From assembly GCA_040377305.1 (NCBI GenBank), contig JBEIPA010000006.1, positions 96,001-160,000 of the forward strand: a stretch of 64,000 bases of DNA. Reading direction: 5' to 3'. Below are positions 1 to 9,319 of this stretch, piece by piece. The translations under genes and the position numbers were made by a program. The notes beneath the pieces are model-generated. The model had not been told where the DNA came from. It was given only the letters and a program-made list of their open reading frames with translations, and did no database searches. Source of the DNA: Flavobacteriales bacterium (lineage in GTDB: Bacteria > Bacteroidota > Bacteroidia > Palsa-965). Each line of letters starts with the position of its first letter. The stretch's first letter is position 1.

Positions 1-385
1 TACGTTCAGGTTTTGGAATAAGATGGATTTCAACGCACCGTTTGCGTCGGGTTCATCGAGCTACAAAACCATGATTATCGTACCGTGCTCGATGGGAACT
101 CTCGGGAGAATATCAGCCGGCATCAGCAACGACTTAATTGCCCGTGCTGCCGATGTGATGCTTAAAGAACGTCGCCGCTTGATTCTGGTGACACGTGACA
201 CGCCCTTGGGCATCATCCACATCAATAACATGAAGGCGGTCACTGAGGCCGGTGGAATCATCTGCCCGGCGTCTCCGTCTTTTTACAGCAATCCCAAAAA
301 TTTCGAAGAACTTGCTTCTACGGTTATTGACCGCGTGATCGACCTCGCTGGTTTGGAGCAAAATACCTTCAGATGGGGCGAATGA
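1..385 (+). CDS. ubiX: UbiX/Pad1 flavin prenyltransferase, 5'-truncated by the window edge
   Basis: Motifs APFASGS, IVPCSMGTLGRI, RAADVMLKERRRLILVTRDTP and PASPSFY; frame is open back to base 2. Confidence 0.93.
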   Translation, partial: TFRFWNKMDFNAPFASGSSSYKTMIIVPCSMGTLGRISAGISNDLIARAADVMLKERRRLILVTRDTPLGIIHINNMKAVTEAGGIICPASPSFYSNPKNFEELASTVIDRVIDLAGLEQNTFRWGE

Positions 386-616
386 TTCCAAAATTCAAAA
401 TAACTGGTCGGTACTAAACGACAATGCATAAGAAAGGTGCGCTGTTCACTCGTCCCGAATCCTTGAATTTTTGAATTTTTCGTTCTGAAAGACAATAAGT
501 TACCGAGCCCTAACCTTCCCTTTTAGGAATATTAACCATGTGAATGTATCTTGGGTAGGCAGTTAGCCGTTAAAGCATTGTTGAATTCTTTCAACCGTTG
601 TAAAGTAGAGAAGATT

Positions 617-811
617 ATGCTTGAATTCAGTAAACACATCCTCAAGAGCGTTAGTTTCGACCGAGCTCTGTTCCAGAAAGAACTGATGAAAATGCTCTCC
701 CGTTTAAAACCAGATGAAGCCACGCTTCTAAAGGCCTGGGCACTTGCGACTTTCGGTCACGTATATGGTGATATGATTCAGGAAGCGTATCGTTCTATTA
801 CGAGGGCTTAA
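617..811 (+). CDS. Small (64 aa) conserved Bacteroidota-type hypothetical protein
   Basis: ATG at 617 after an A-rich leader; [23 protein letters not shown] resembles a small protein family I recall from Bacteroidota; overlaps the queG 3' end by 14 nt. Confidence 0.7.
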   Translation: MLEFSKHILKSVSFDRALFQKELMKMLSRLKPDEATLLKAWALATFGHVYGDMIQEAYRSITRA

Positions 812-1727
812 GAAAAGAGATATTTCTTTTCAACCCATCAAACTTCGCGCGCTTCACTGCCGATCTGCGAAACAATTCGCGGAAGACATCTTCTGTGATT
901 TCTTCCCACTCCGCTTTGGATTTGCCGAGCAGTTCCGGATTTGGCGAAAATTCTGCAATGTTGTGAGGTTTAGAAAAACGATTCCACGGACAAACGTCCT
1001 GGCAGATATCGCAGCCAAACATCCAGTTCTGAAATTTTCCTTTTTCATCAGGAGGAATCGCATCCTTGAGTTCAATGGTGAAATAGGAAATGCATTTGCT
1101 GCCGTCGACAACATACGGTGAAACAATTGCATCCGTCGGACACGCATCAATGCAACGCGTACATGTTCCGCAAAAATCTCCGGTCGGTGAATCAGTAATC
1201 AACTCGATATCCAGTATCAATTCTGCCACGAAGAAAAACGATCCTGAATTCTTATTGATGAGATTACTGTTCTTCCCAATCCAACCCAGTCCGCTGCGCT
1301 TTGCCCATGCCTTATCGAGCACCGGTGCTGAATCAACAAACGCGCGTCCTCCTATACTCCTCCCAATTTTTTCTTCGAGCGTGTTCAGCATCTCCCGCAA
1401 CTTCGATTTGATTATCAGGTGATAATCTTCGCCATATGCGTACTTCGAAATTTTCGGTGCCGATTCATCCTGCTGTTTTTCTTCTGTGTAGTAATTAAGA
1501 AGTAACGACACTACACTTTTTGCTCCGGGAACAAGCCTGGTCGGATCCAAACGCAAGTCGAAATGATTCGCCATGTAAGCCATTTCACCGTGCATGTTTT
1601 TCTTGAGCCAGTTCTCCAGTCGCGGCGCTTCATCCTCGAGAAATTCTGCTTTGGAAATTCCGCAATACTCAAAGCCCAGACGTTTCGCTTCGTCTTTGAC
1701 AATTGCAGTATGCTGCTGGAGATTCAC
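798..1727 (-). CDS. queG: tRNA epoxyqueuosine(34) reductase
   Basis: [31 protein letters not shown], and Fe-S motifs [12 protein letters not shown] and [11 protein letters not shown]. Confidence 0.96.
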   Translation of the reverse strand: MNLQQHTAIVKDEAKRLGFEYCGISKAEFLEDEAPRLENWLKKNMHGEMAYMANHFDLRLDPTRLVPGAKSVVSLLLNYYTEEKQQDESAPKISKYAYGEDYHLIIKSKLREMLNTLEEKIGRSIGGRAFVDSAPVLDKAWAKRSGLGWIGKNSNLINKNSGSFFFVAELILDIELITDSPTGDFCGTCTRCIDACPTDAIVSPYVVDGSKCISYFTIELKDAIPPDEKGKFQNWMFGCDICQDVCPWNRFSKPHNIAEFSPNPELLGKSKAEWEEITEDVFRELFRRSAVKRAKFDGLKRNISFLKPS

Positions 1728-1867
1728 CAGATAAAATTACGCAACCGCAGTGGATGATCGGATGATTGAATTATAGAATGATAAGATTAACCGACGTAAA
1801 ACACCTATTGCCCCATTCAATCATTAAATCTTCCAGTCATTTTATGATCAATTGCTACTTTTATCCC

Positions 1868-2668
1868 ATGGCTAGCATTCTCGTTTGTACCGATTTTTCT
1901 CACGGCAGCAAAAACGCTGTGAAGTACGCTTCTAAACTCGCAGCAGCGTTAGACGTTGAACTCCTGCTCGTACACATTATTCATCGTCCGGAAGAACCAA
2001 AGCTCACGAAACAGGAAGACATTGAAATCAATGCACAACTTATCCTCGCTGCGCAGGATTTGAAAAAGAATTTCAAAATTAAGGTGCGCACCGATAAACG
2101 GGAGGGAGTTCCTGTTGAGCAGATCCTTTCTATCGCGAAGAAAAATAATGTGTCGCTCATTGTTACCGGCTCCAAGGAAACGGCAGCAGGCAGCGGACTT
2201 GTTGGCGGACTCGTGTACGATCTCATGCACGCCAGTCTCTACCCGATTCTCGCAGTGCCAATGGGCTGCACGTTCACACCGTATCATGAAATTGTTTTGG
2301 CGATGGATCCAAAAAGTCGGAACGACTACGACGATAGCGCTTTGGTGAATTTTATTCTTGCATTCCATTCTTCCCTGGTAATTACTGCGATTGCGGAACC
2401 AGGCACCAAAGACAAAGTGCTGAGAGATGCTTCAACGGTGGCTATTGAAATGCGTTACGCTGAAATGATGCACATGATTCAGGTAATAGAAAACGATAGT
2501 CTCGAGAAAGGTGTGCAAAAAGCGATCAAGGATAATGATGCCGAGTTGCTCGTAATCGTTCCGCACAGAAATCATTACATCGATAGAATGATGCGATTGA
2601 CAAAAACACAGAAGGTGCTGAAGAATATCAATGTGCCGCTGCTGACGCTGCCGCGGGTGCTCCAATGA
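1868..2668 (+). CDS. Universal stress protein (tandem USP domains)
   Basis: ILVCTDFS...AVKYA, LIVTGS, PILAVP, C-terminal VPLLTLP; ATG 1868 preferred over the TTG at 1766. Confidence 0.88.
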   Translation: MASILVCTDFSHGSKNAVKYASKLAAALDVELLLVHIIHRPEEPKLTKQEDIEINAQLILAAQDLKKNFKIKVRTDKREGVPVEQILSIAKKNNVSLIVTGSKETAAGSGLVGGLVYDLMHASLYPILAVPMGCTFTPYHEIVLAMDPKSRNDYDDSALVNFILAFHSSLVITAIAEPGTKDKVLRDASTVAIEMRYAEMMHMIQVIENDSLEKGVQKAIKDNDAELLVIVPHRNHYIDRMMRLTKTQKVLKNINVPLLTLPRVLQ

Positions 2669-2719
2669 TTTGCTCACTCCGTTCGCAAAAGAAAAAAGGG
2701 AGGTTGGGCGGACTGGCTG

Positions 2720-2760
2720 GCAATACATATTTGGCTCCGCTGGAGCCAAATATGTATTGC
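2720..2760. repeat. Perfect 19-bp inverted repeat with a 3-nt loop (REP-like palindrome)
   Basis: GCAATACATATTTGGCTCC-GCT-GGAGCCAAATATGTATTGC. Confidence 0.85.
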
Positions 2761-2858
2761 TAAAAATCACCCTTCCCTTCCCCCATTTCCTTTAGACGCG
2801 CAGCGGCGTAAACAGAATCTTACATAGATAATCCTTATGGCTGTATAGACGCCGCATG

Positions 2859-2890
2859 TTGCATTCCCCTTCAGCAACACCGTACCTTTG
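2859..2890 (+). promoter_or_regulatory. Bacteroidota housekeeping promoter (-33/-7) for pirin
   Basis: TTG, 21 nt, then TACCTTTG, ending 20 nt upstream of the ATG. Confidence 0.7.
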
Positions 2891-2910
2891 TACTCAAGAA
2901 AGGATAAACT

Positions 2911-3786
2911 ATGAGTACTAAATCAGTTGAAGCAATCATCGCTCCGCCACCAGTGCATTTTGTAGGCGATGGATTCAGAGTTCACAATTTCATTCCCGGG
3001 AATGGACGGTTATCCATGCAGCGAATGAGTCCGTTCATTATGCTGGATTACAATTCGCCCTTCTATTTTTCACCTACCGACACTCCGCGTGGGGTTGGCA
3101 TACATCCTCACCGTGGATTTGAAACCGTTACGATCGCATACAAAGGAAAAGTTGCGCATCACGATAGTGCAGGTCACAGTGGAATTATCGGAGAGGGTGA
3201 TGTGCAGTGGATGACAGCGGCTTCCGGTATTCTTCACAAAGAATATCACGAAACAGAGTTCGCAAAAGCGGGGGGTGATTTTCAGATGGTGCAGTTGTGG
3301 GTAAATCTTCCAGCGAAGGACAAAATGTCCAAACCGAAATACCAGGAACTGGTAAACGCTTCGATGGGGAAATCTGAATTGCCGAATGACGCGGGCACCG
3401 TTGAAGTGATCGCTGGAAAATTCGGAAGCACAAAAGGACCTGCCTCTACATTCACTCCGGTGAATCTGATGAACGCGAAACTGAACAAAGAAGGAAAAGC
3501 AGTGTTCAATTTTCCATCCGCTTACAATACAGCGATTGTTGTGATTGAAGGCACAGTAAAAGTGAATGGCAATGAAGCGATTGCAAATAGCTTCGTGTTG
3601 ATGGCCAACGACGGTGAAGAATTTGTGGTGGAAGCGACTGAGCAATCGCAAATACTCCTTCTTAGCGGAGAGCCGATTCACGAACCAATTGCAGCACATG
3701 GCCCGTTTGTAATGAACACGCGTGAAGAAATTGTTCAGGCTGTGGAAGATTACAATCGCGGGATGTTCGGTCTCCTTGCGGACTAA
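2911..3786 (+). CDS. Pirin family protein (bicupin)
   Basis: VGDGFRV, HPHRGFETVT, GDVQWMTAASGILHKE, QLWVNLP, GPFVMN. Confidence 0.95.
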   Translation: MSTKSVEAIIAPPPVHFVGDGFRVHNFIPGNGRLSMQRMSPFIMLDYNSPFYFSPTDTPRGVGIHPHRGFETVTIAYKGKVAHHDSAGHSGIIGEGDVQWMTAASGILHKEYHETEFAKAGGDFQMVQLWVNLPAKDKMSKPKYQELVNASMGKSELPNDAGTVEVIAGKFGSTKGPASTFTPVNLMNAKLNKEGKAVFNFPSAYNTAIVVIEGTVKVNGNEAIANSFVLMANDGEEFVVEATEQSQILLLSGEPIHEPIAAHGPFVMNTREEIVQAVEDYNRGMFGLLAD

Positions 3787-3849
3787 CAGTACGCAGAATG
3801 AAGTGCGCAGTACGCAGTTAGCATTACTGCTTACTGCGCACTGATTACT
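3787..3849. repeat. Degenerate 7-nt tandem repeats in inverted arrangement (hairpin; possible bidirectional terminator)
   Basis: cagtacg cagaatg aagtgcg cagtacg cagttag, then tactgct tactgcg cactgat, between convergent genes. Confidence 0.65.
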
Positions 3850-4021
3850 TTTTGTCTTTAGGCGGCGGTATCAACACAACCGACAAAAGCACAACGACAG
3901 CCATAACACCGAGCGCTACGCCCAGTGATACTTTTGAGTTCACGACTCCTGTGTAAAAAAGCAAGATTAACATTGCTACGGAAACGCCGAGCACGGAAAT
4001 CCATTTGTTGAGTGGTTTCAT
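3845..4021 (-). CDS. 58-aa two-TM membrane microprotein (paralog B; absent from the ORF track)
   Basis: Hand translation MKPLNKWISVLGVSVAMLILLFYTGVVNSKVSLGVALGVMAVVVLLSVVLIPPPKDKK*; ATG lies 1 nt after the stop of paralog A. Confidence 0.82.
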   Translation of the reverse strand: MKPLNKWISVLGVSVAMLILLFYTGVVNSKVSLGVALGVMAVVVLLSVVLIPPPKDKK

Positions 4022-4022
4022 A

Positions 4023-4196
4023 CTATTCTTCTTTATGAGGAGGTGAAATAAATACTGACAGAAACAGGAGCAGGGAAAATATCGTCAACACTACTCCTAC
4101 TGTTAATTTCGAATTCAAAACGCCCGTATAGTGTAAGGCGAGAAATAACGCCACGATTGCAACCGAAGTCGGAATCCAATTCTTAAACATTTTCAT
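4023..4196 (-). CDS. 57-aa two-TM membrane microprotein (paralog A; absent from the ORF track)
   Basis: Hand translation MKMFKNWIPTSVAIVALFLALHYTGVLNSKLTVGVVLTIFSLLLFLSVFISPPHKEE*; starts 12 nt after the mlaD stop; aligns without gaps to paralog B. Confidence 0.82.
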   Translation of the reverse strand: MKMFKNWIPTSVAIVALFLALHYTGVLNSKLTVGVVLTIFSLLLFLSVFISPPHKEE

Positions 4197-4208
4197 CTTT
4201 CATCACAA

Positions 4209-4862
4209 TTACTTATCCTTCTCCTTTTTCTTCCCACCGAACTGGAACCCCTTCACGAGAAAGCTATTTGAAAAAGCTTCCAGACTTTCACTCAGGTTGT
4301 ACGAAGCGTTACGAAGATTATTCGCAATTGCTGTATCGCTCACCACCATCCACAATGCACTGCTGTCGAGTTTCTCACTCATGCTCTTGACGTTGTCGGT
4401 GATTTCCTTGAGGTTATTATTTGTAATCGACAATGTGCGCGTGGTTTCATCCATGCTGATTGCATTCTGCGATTTAATCATGGCATACTCCTTTACGGGC
4501 GGAGTTCCATCTCCGTATGAAGTAATGGTTACGAGTTTGTTGCCCATCATACCATCGTTGCTCAGCATAGCCACCGAACTCGAATGAATATTGTTGCGGT
4601 ATTGTTCATCAATACGCATGTACACGAGAATCGAAGTGTCATTTACTACTTCCACTTTCTCCACGGTGCCCACGTCAATTCCTCCAAAGCGAACATTGTT
4701 TCCTGCGGTAAGTCCGCTGACGTCGCGAAACTGAGCAGTAATCATGAACGTATCGCCAAAGAGATTCTTCTTGTCGCCGATCAGATACAGTCCAACCATG
4801 AATACAATTGCTGTAACCAGAACCAACGCTCCTAGCTTGATATTATTTCCTTTTGTTTTCAT
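4209..4862 (-). CDS. mlaD: MlaD/MCE family substrate-binding protein
   Basis: N-terminal TM, MCE domain (FRDVSGLTAGNNVRFGGIDVGTV...DGMMGNKLVTI), short helical tail. Confidence 0.9.
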   Translation of the reverse strand: MKTKGNNIKLGALVLVTAIVFMVGLYLIGDKKNLFGDTFMITAQFRDVSGLTAGNNVRFGGIDVGTVEKVEVVNDTSILVYMRIDEQYRNNIHSSSVAMLSNDGMMGNKLVTITSYGDGTPPVKEYAMIKSQNAISMDETTRTLSITNNNLKEITDNVKSMSEKLDSSALWMVVSDTAIANNLRNASYNLSESLEAFSNSFLVKGFQFGGKKKEKDK

Positions 4863-5619
4863 GAGCCTGATGAAAAAACTGTTTTACTTTTTCGTCTTCC
4901 GATTTTTCAAGTTCTTCGTACGTTCCTATTGCGTGACACTTTCCATCGATCAGAACTGCAATACGGTCTGAAATAGTTTCAGCGCAATGCATATCATGTG
5001 AAATAATCAACGCTGATGTGTTGTACTTCTCTCTGATCTCAACAATCAGATCACTGATCTCCGAACCGGTTACAACGTCCAGACCTGAAGTCGGTTCGTC
5101 GTAGAAAATAATTTCCGGTTTGAGCATCAATGTGCGCGCCAGTGAAATCCGCTTCTTCATTCCACCCGATAACTCGGATGGATATTGATCGACGGTTTTC
5201 TCAAGGCCAACATTCTTCAATGCTTCCATCACCAACTCCTCAGTCTCGCCCGGGGATTTTTGCTCCTCGTCTGTTCTCAACGGAAACGAAAGATTCTCCC
5301 GAATCGTCATTGAATCGTACAAAGCATCGCTCTGGAAAAGGAAACCGATTCTTCTTCGAAGCTGATCGAGTTTTTCCCTTTCCAAAGCGCAGATATCTTC
5401 GCCAAGCACAGTGATCTTGCCTTTATTGGCTTCGATCAACCGCACTATGCATTTAATCAATACAGATTTTCCTGATCCGGATTTGCCGAGCACAACTACA
5501 TTCTCTCTCTGGTTAACTTCCAAAGAAAAATCCTGCAGCACGTGCTTCTCTCCGAACGACAGGCTCAGATTTTCAACCGTTAACACAGGTCCTTCTGTTG
5601 TATGTTGCTTTGTATTCAT
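4843..5619 (-). CDS. mlaF: MlaF/Mkl family ABC ATPase
   Basis: Walker A GKSGSGKS, FLFQSDALYDS, LSGGMKKR, YDEPTSGLD. Confidence 0.92.
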   Translation of the reverse strand: MNTKQHTTEGPVLTVENLSLSFGEKHVLQDFSLEVNQRENVVVLGKSGSGKSVLIKCIVRLIEANKGKITVLGEDICALEREKLDQLRRRIGFLFQSDALYDSMTIRENLSFPLRTDEEQKSPGETEELVMEALKNVGLEKTVDQYPSELSGGMKKRISLARTLMLKPEIIFYDEPTSGLDVVTGSEISDLIVEIREKYNTSALIISHDMHCAETISDRIAVLIDGKCHAIGTYEELEKSEDEKVKQFFHQAHENKRK

Positions 5620-6392
5620 CAGTTCAATCCTAACATTCCGGTTACCTGTACTGCAACTAAATCAAGTATGAACACAATCAGCGAAGCAATAACCACTGCT
5701 GAGTTTGCTGATTGTCCAACACCTTCTGTTCCTTTCGGAGAATTATATCCTTTGTAACATCCAACTACTCCGATCGCAAAACCGAAGAAAAATGTTTTGA
5801 TCACTGCGGGAAACACATCGCTGTATGTTACCGAATCGAATACTTGTGTCCAGTACAAATTCCACGTGAGTTGACCGTACATATCAGCACCGAGATAACT
5901 TCCGTATAGTGCAACCGCGTCGCCAAGAATCACGAGGACGGGAACCATCAATGTAGTTGCCATGATGCGTGTAACAACGAGATATTTAAAGGGATTGGTA
6001 CCAGAAACTTCCATGGCATCAATCTGATCTGTCACTTTCATCGAACCAAGCTCTGCACCAATTCCGGATCCGATTTTCCCCGCACAAATTAATCCGGTTA
6101 CTACCGGTACAATTTCACGTATAAGTGAAACCGAAACCATTTGTGGCAGCCAGGCTTCTGCTCCAAAATCAACGAGCGTTGGTCGCGACTGCATAGTAAT
6201 TACAAGACCGATGATAAATGCTGTTATGGCAACGAGTCCCGCTGATTTGTAACCGACGAAATAAGACTGCCGAAAAAATTCGCGGAATTCATATCGTGGC
6301 TTAAACACTTCCGAAAAAAATCGTCCCGCAAAATGTGAGATCCCTCCGGCTTCATCAAAAAAAGATTTCCAGGCAGGTGTAGTGTTGGTCAT
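5619..6392 (-). CDS. mlaE: MlaE family ABC permease
   Basis: REIVPVVTGLICAGKIGSGIGAELGSMKVTDQIDAMEV; GTEGVGQS; ATG 6392 chosen as start. Confidence 0.92.
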   Translation of the reverse strand: MTNTTPAWKSFFDEAGGISHFAGRFFSEVFKPRYEFREFFRQSYFVGYKSAGLVAITAFIIGLVITMQSRPTLVDFGAEAWLPQMVSVSLIREIVPVVTGLICAGKIGSGIGAELGSMKVTDQIDAMEVSGTNPFKYLVVTRIMATTLMVPVLVILGDAVALYGSYLGADMYGQLTWNLYWTQVFDSVTYSDVFPAVIKTFFFGFAIGVVGCYKGYNSPKGTEGVGQSANSAVVIASLIVFILDLVAVQVTGMLGLN

Positions 6393-6645
6393 GCCTCCCC
6401 AGAACGAAAAGTGTGCCTGATATAGTAACCGGAAAATCACACCGTTACATTCTCACCGCGGTTACGCATTGTGGCGTTTTGGGGAATTTCTTTCCCTTGT
6501 CAACATATTCAACAAGTGTTTTATGCTGTCGCTGAACATTCTCAATACGTCTAGAAATTCCTACAACAATTGGAGTGAATTCCATTCCGCCATTGGGTGT
6601 CCAATACTGGCATACTATTTTACTAAGTCGACTAACATATTCTAC

Positions 6646-7380
6646 ATGTCAGCATTTGCAATACGAGAACTTGAAGACTTAAACTGGTTTCCTGAGAGAC
6701 TCAGAAACTACCAGACCGATTTTGTTGGTGCGATTTCAACCACTCTTCGGGTGTACAAATCATTTGCAGATTATTTGAAATTGAACGCCCCTCAAGTGAA
6801 GATCATGAAGGATCTGTGTGCAGGAAGCGGAGCACCAGCCGTTACAGTTTTCGAAAGCTGCGGACAATTCGAGCACTTATTGCTCACCGACAAATTTCCA
6901 CGCAAACTACAGCGTGAAGTAAGCAATGTTAGTTACGCTTCCGAAAGTTTCGATGTACTCAACATCTTCTACAGCCCGGGCGTGTGCTACACGATGTTCA
7001 ACGCTTTTCACCACTTCAACGATGAAGAAAAGAAGGCGATCGTTAAAAAAATCCGTGTGTCCGGATCGCATGCCTATTTCGTTGAAATCTTAGAGCCAAC
7101 TTTTGCTTGTTTGCTCAAAGTAATAGCCTTGACTACAATCGGTGTTGTACTGTTCACTCCATTCATTCGTCCATTCTCGTTAACACGACTCATCTTAACC
7201 TACATTGTTCCGGTGAACATCATCACGATTACAATTGATGGAATCATTTCTGTGATGCGATCCAAATCAGCCAGTGAGTACACCAAACTCTTTGCATATA
7301 ACAACGACTCCGTAAACGTCTTTGAGTTAAAGCATCTCTTCGGAAAAACAACTGTGATTGAAATTCTACCCGCGCCATGA
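6646..7380 (+). CDS. Class I SAM-dependent methyltransferase-like protein with a hydrophobic C-terminal segment
   Basis: ELEDLNWFP N-terminus, motif I DLCAGSGAP, LTDKFP, TMFNAFHHF, DGIISVMR; its stop overlaps the next start (ATGA). Confidence 0.78.
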   Translation: MSAFAIRELEDLNWFPERLRNYQTDFVGAISTTLRVYKSFADYLKLNAPQVKIMKDLCAGSGAPAVTVFESCGQFEHLLLTDKFPRKLQREVSNVSYASESFDVLNIFYSPGVCYTMFNAFHHFNDEEKKAIVKKIRVSGSHAYFVEILEPTFACLLKVIALTTIGVVLFTPFIRPFSLTRLILTYIVPVNIITITIDGIISVMRSKSASEYTKLFAYNNDSVNVFELKHLFGKTTVIEILPAP

Positions 7381-8267
7381 GAACGATGTCGGCAATATGG
7401 AGCTTTAGTCGTCCACACACCATAGCTGGAAGTGTCATCAGCATAGTGTCGCTATTCTTTGTGTTGTCGAACACACGTTTAGCGCACCTTCCGATTCTCG
7501 GCATGGTGTTAGTCGCAGGACTCTGCTGCAATCTTTTCATCGTTGGATTGAACCAAATTGCCGATGTAAAAATTGATCGCATCAATAAACCCTGGCTTCC
7601 CATTCCTGCGCAAAGGCTTTCAGTTTCAAGCGCAAAAATTATCGTGACGGCTGCACTGATCCTAAGCTTATCAATTGCCTTGTACGTTACACCCTGGTTC
7701 TTCGCGATCATCCTACTATCCTGCGCAATAGGATGGGCCTACTCCATGCCGCCATTTCACCTAAAGAAACACCATTTCAACGCAGCTATTGCCATCAGCT
7801 CTGTACGCGGACTGCTGGTAAACATTGGTGCGTTTGTTGTTTTCATCAGCACAACCGGACAAGCAGCAACCATTCCTGTAAATCTGATCTTGCTTACTTC
7901 GTTCATCACCGTAACAGGAATTGTTATTGCATGGTTCAAAGATCTGCCCGACGTTGAAGGCGATGCGCAGTACAAAATAAAATCGCTTGCCGTTATTTAT
8001 TCACCACGTCTGGCTTACATCGCAGGAACGATCCTGATGATGGTTGCATATCTTGCGTGCCTACTCGTAAACATTTACAGCTGCCTGCATCAGCCGGATG
8101 TAGAACATAGAATATTACTCAGCGGACATATTCTGCTGTTTGTATTATTCATAACGCATAGTTTCAGTATTCGCGTAACGCAACACAAATCACTGGCGCG
8201 ATTTTACAAAAGATTCTGGTTGTTCTTCTTCGCAGAGTACTTGCTCTATCTCGTAGCTTACTTCTAA
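7377..8267 (+). CDS. Homogentisate phytyl/prenyltransferase (UbiA superfamily, HPT/HST clade)
   Basis: FSRPHT, VGLNQIADVKIDRINKPWLP, WAYSMPP, FKDLPDVEGD and FYKRFWLFFFAEY, as in plant and cyanobacterial HPT; multi-TM. Confidence 0.88.
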   Translation: MRTMSAIWSFSRPHTIAGSVISIVSLFFVLSNTRLAHLPILGMVLVAGLCCNLFIVGLNQIADVKIDRINKPWLPIPAQRLSVSSAKIIVTAALILSLSIALYVTPWFFAIILLSCAIGWAYSMPPFHLKKHHFNAAIAISSVRGLLVNIGAFVVFISTTGQAATIPVNLILLTSFITVTGIVIAWFKDLPDVEGDAQYKIKSLAVIYSPRLAYIAGTILMMVAYLACLLVNIYSCLHQPDVEHRILLSGHILLFVLFITHSFSIRVTQHKSLARFYKRFWLFFFAEYLLYLVAYF

Positions 8268-8268
8268 G

Positions 8269-9297
8269 CTAATCGCCAAACAGCGTGCCTTTGTCGCGAT
8301 CGGGAATTCTTCCAATGTGGCGATACGCCTGATCAGTTGCCTGTCGTCCGCGCGGAGTGCGAATAAGATATCCTTCCTGAATGAGAAAGGGCTCGTATAC
8401 TTCCTCAATCGTTCCGGCTTCTTCACCCACTGCAGTGGAAATGGTTGTAATTCCAACCGGTCCGCCTTTGAACTTTTCAATGATCGCAGAAAGAATGCGA
8501 ATGTCCATTTCATCGAGACCATTCTTATCAACGTTCAAAGCCTGCAACGCAATCTGTGCAATTTCCATGTCGATAGAACCATTGCCTTTGATCTGCGCGA
8601 AATCTCTTACGCGACGCAAGAGCGCATTCGCAATACGTGGTGTCCCGCGACTTCTTCTCGCAATTTCAAATGCAGCTTCGTCATTGATCGGCACATTGAG
8701 AATTGCGGCAGAGCGAATGATAATTCCCTTGAGCAGTTTCGCATCGTAGTAAGCAAGTCGTGAGGTAATTCCGAAACGTGCACGCAAAGGTGATGTAAGC
8801 AATCCGGAACGTGTAGTTGCTCCTACAAGCGTAAACGGATTCAGATTAATCTGCACACTTCTTGCATTCGGTCCGCTGTCGAGCATAATGTCGATGCGAT
8901 AATCTTCCATCGCAGAATACAAGTACTCTTCTACAATAGGACTCAAGCGATGAATCTCATCAATGAACAACACATCGAACTTCTCGAGGTTCGTGAGTAA
9001 TCCTGCAAGATCTCCCGGCTTGTCGAGCACAGGTCCTGAAGTAGTTTTCATACTCACGCCGAGTTCCTGCGCGATGATGTTCGCGAGTGTTGTTTTACCT
9101 AATCCCGGAGGACCGTGAAGCAACACGTGATCCAACGCTTCATCACGTTGCTTCGCTGCCTGCACGAAAATGCGCAGGTTCTCGACCACGCTTTCCTGTC
9201 CGGAAAAATCTGCGAAGTCTTGCGGACGCAGCATCTTCTCTACCTCTTTTTCGGAGGAAGAAAGTTGTTCGTCGTCGGGATCTAGATTGGGATTCAC
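8269..9297 (-). CDS. ruvB: Holliday junction branch-migration helicase
   Basis: [56 protein letters not shown]. Confidence 0.98.
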   Translation of the reverse strand: MNPNLDPDDEQLSSSEKEVEKMLRPQDFADFSGQESVVENLRIFVQAAKQRDEALDHVLLHGPPGLGKTTLANIIAQELGVSMKTTSGPVLDKPGDLAGLLTNLEKFDVLFIDEIHRLSPIVEEYLYSAMEDYRIDIMLDSGPNARSVQINLNPFTLVGATTRSGLLTSPLRARFGITSRLAYYDAKLLKGIIIRSAAILNVPINDEAAFEIARRSRGTPRIANALLRRVRDFAQIKGNGSIDMEIAQIALQALNVDKNGLDEMDIRILSAIIEKFKGGPVGITTISTAVGEEAGTIEEVYEPFLIQEGYLIRTPRGRQATDQAYRHIGRIPDRDKGTLFGD

Positions 9298-9319
9298 ACA
9301 GCGAATTTACGGTTTTGTT

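Noticed and set aside
6469-6645. Long N-terminal extensions in the ORF track (also 1766-1867, 10193-10394 and 41864-42067)
   Set aside because: They run through promoters, terminators, repeats or neighbouring genes; downstream starts match the family N-termini
7377-8267. Ordinary MenA/UbiA/CyoE prenyltransferase
   Set aside because: RPHT, NQxxD, KDxxDxEGD and AEY motifs point to the homogentisate clade
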